Source of the DNA: a virus
Taxonomy: Duplodnaviria; Caudoviricetes
Length of the DNA: 42,653 nt
IMG/VR virus record: IMGVR_UViG_3300043756_000033
Location: 1 to 42,653 of that record
Reading direction: 5' to 3' (one strand)
Within the stretch, counting starts at the first letter, position 1; every line of letters starts with the position of its first letter. The notes below the pieces were generated by a model that was given only the letters and a program-made list of their open reading frames with translations, did no database searches and was not told the DNA's origin. The translations under genes were made by a program, and so were the position numbers. This document shows, one piece after another, positions 42,569 to 42,653 of this stretch.

Positions 42569-42653
42569 GGGAAACGCGATACGTAGGGGCCAGGACTTCC
42601 CGTGTCAGATTTGAGCATGTGCAGCATAGTGGCACCCACAACCCGCACCAATC

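Noticed and set aside
1-42653. Integrase/attP, tRNA genes, terminal repeats, stop-codon recoding
   Set aside because: None recognised. The ends do not repeat, and TAA, TAG and TGA all terminate well-supported genes.

Overview
This looks like a nearly complete genome of a GC-rich tailed dsDNA phage with a podovirus-type gene set. It encodes TerL, portal, scaffold, major capsid protein, adaptor, nozzle and ejection proteins, and has no tape measure, sheath or tube gene. The host is probably an alphaproteobacterium; this is inferred from CTTGAC-N17-GCTA promoters, GANTC depletion and an rrn boxA-like leader. Most genes are on the minus strand: early genes (42.3-36.5 kb), then packaging, head, tail and ejection genes (36.2-14.0 kb), an XRE regulator plus a two-domain endolysin, and a separate tail-fibre/holin block (5.1-0 kb). 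Three plus-strand islands interrupt them: primase plus SF3-type helicase, a Zn-finger gene, and ERF plus YqaJ exonuclease plus an RHH protein. I recognised no integrase, DNA polymerase, tRNA, CRISPR array or reverse transcriptase. Four observations stand out. (1) A chain of five translationally coupled, protamine-like Arg-rich micro-ORFs (14-56 aa, e.g. MARRRRRGRRSRRR), plus a sixth nearby, sits inside the virion operon and is missed by the ORF track. (2) About 20 copies of a palindromic TGWCAAG-N7-CTTGWCA site are spread genome-wide, including two in tandem upstream of the XRE gene. (3) A GNAT-like gene is followed by four ejection proteins that all start Met-Gly. (4) There are several peptidoglycan hydrolases, two with polycationic tails, and no recognisable spanin. 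All family calls come from recognising motifs by eye; no database search was run.
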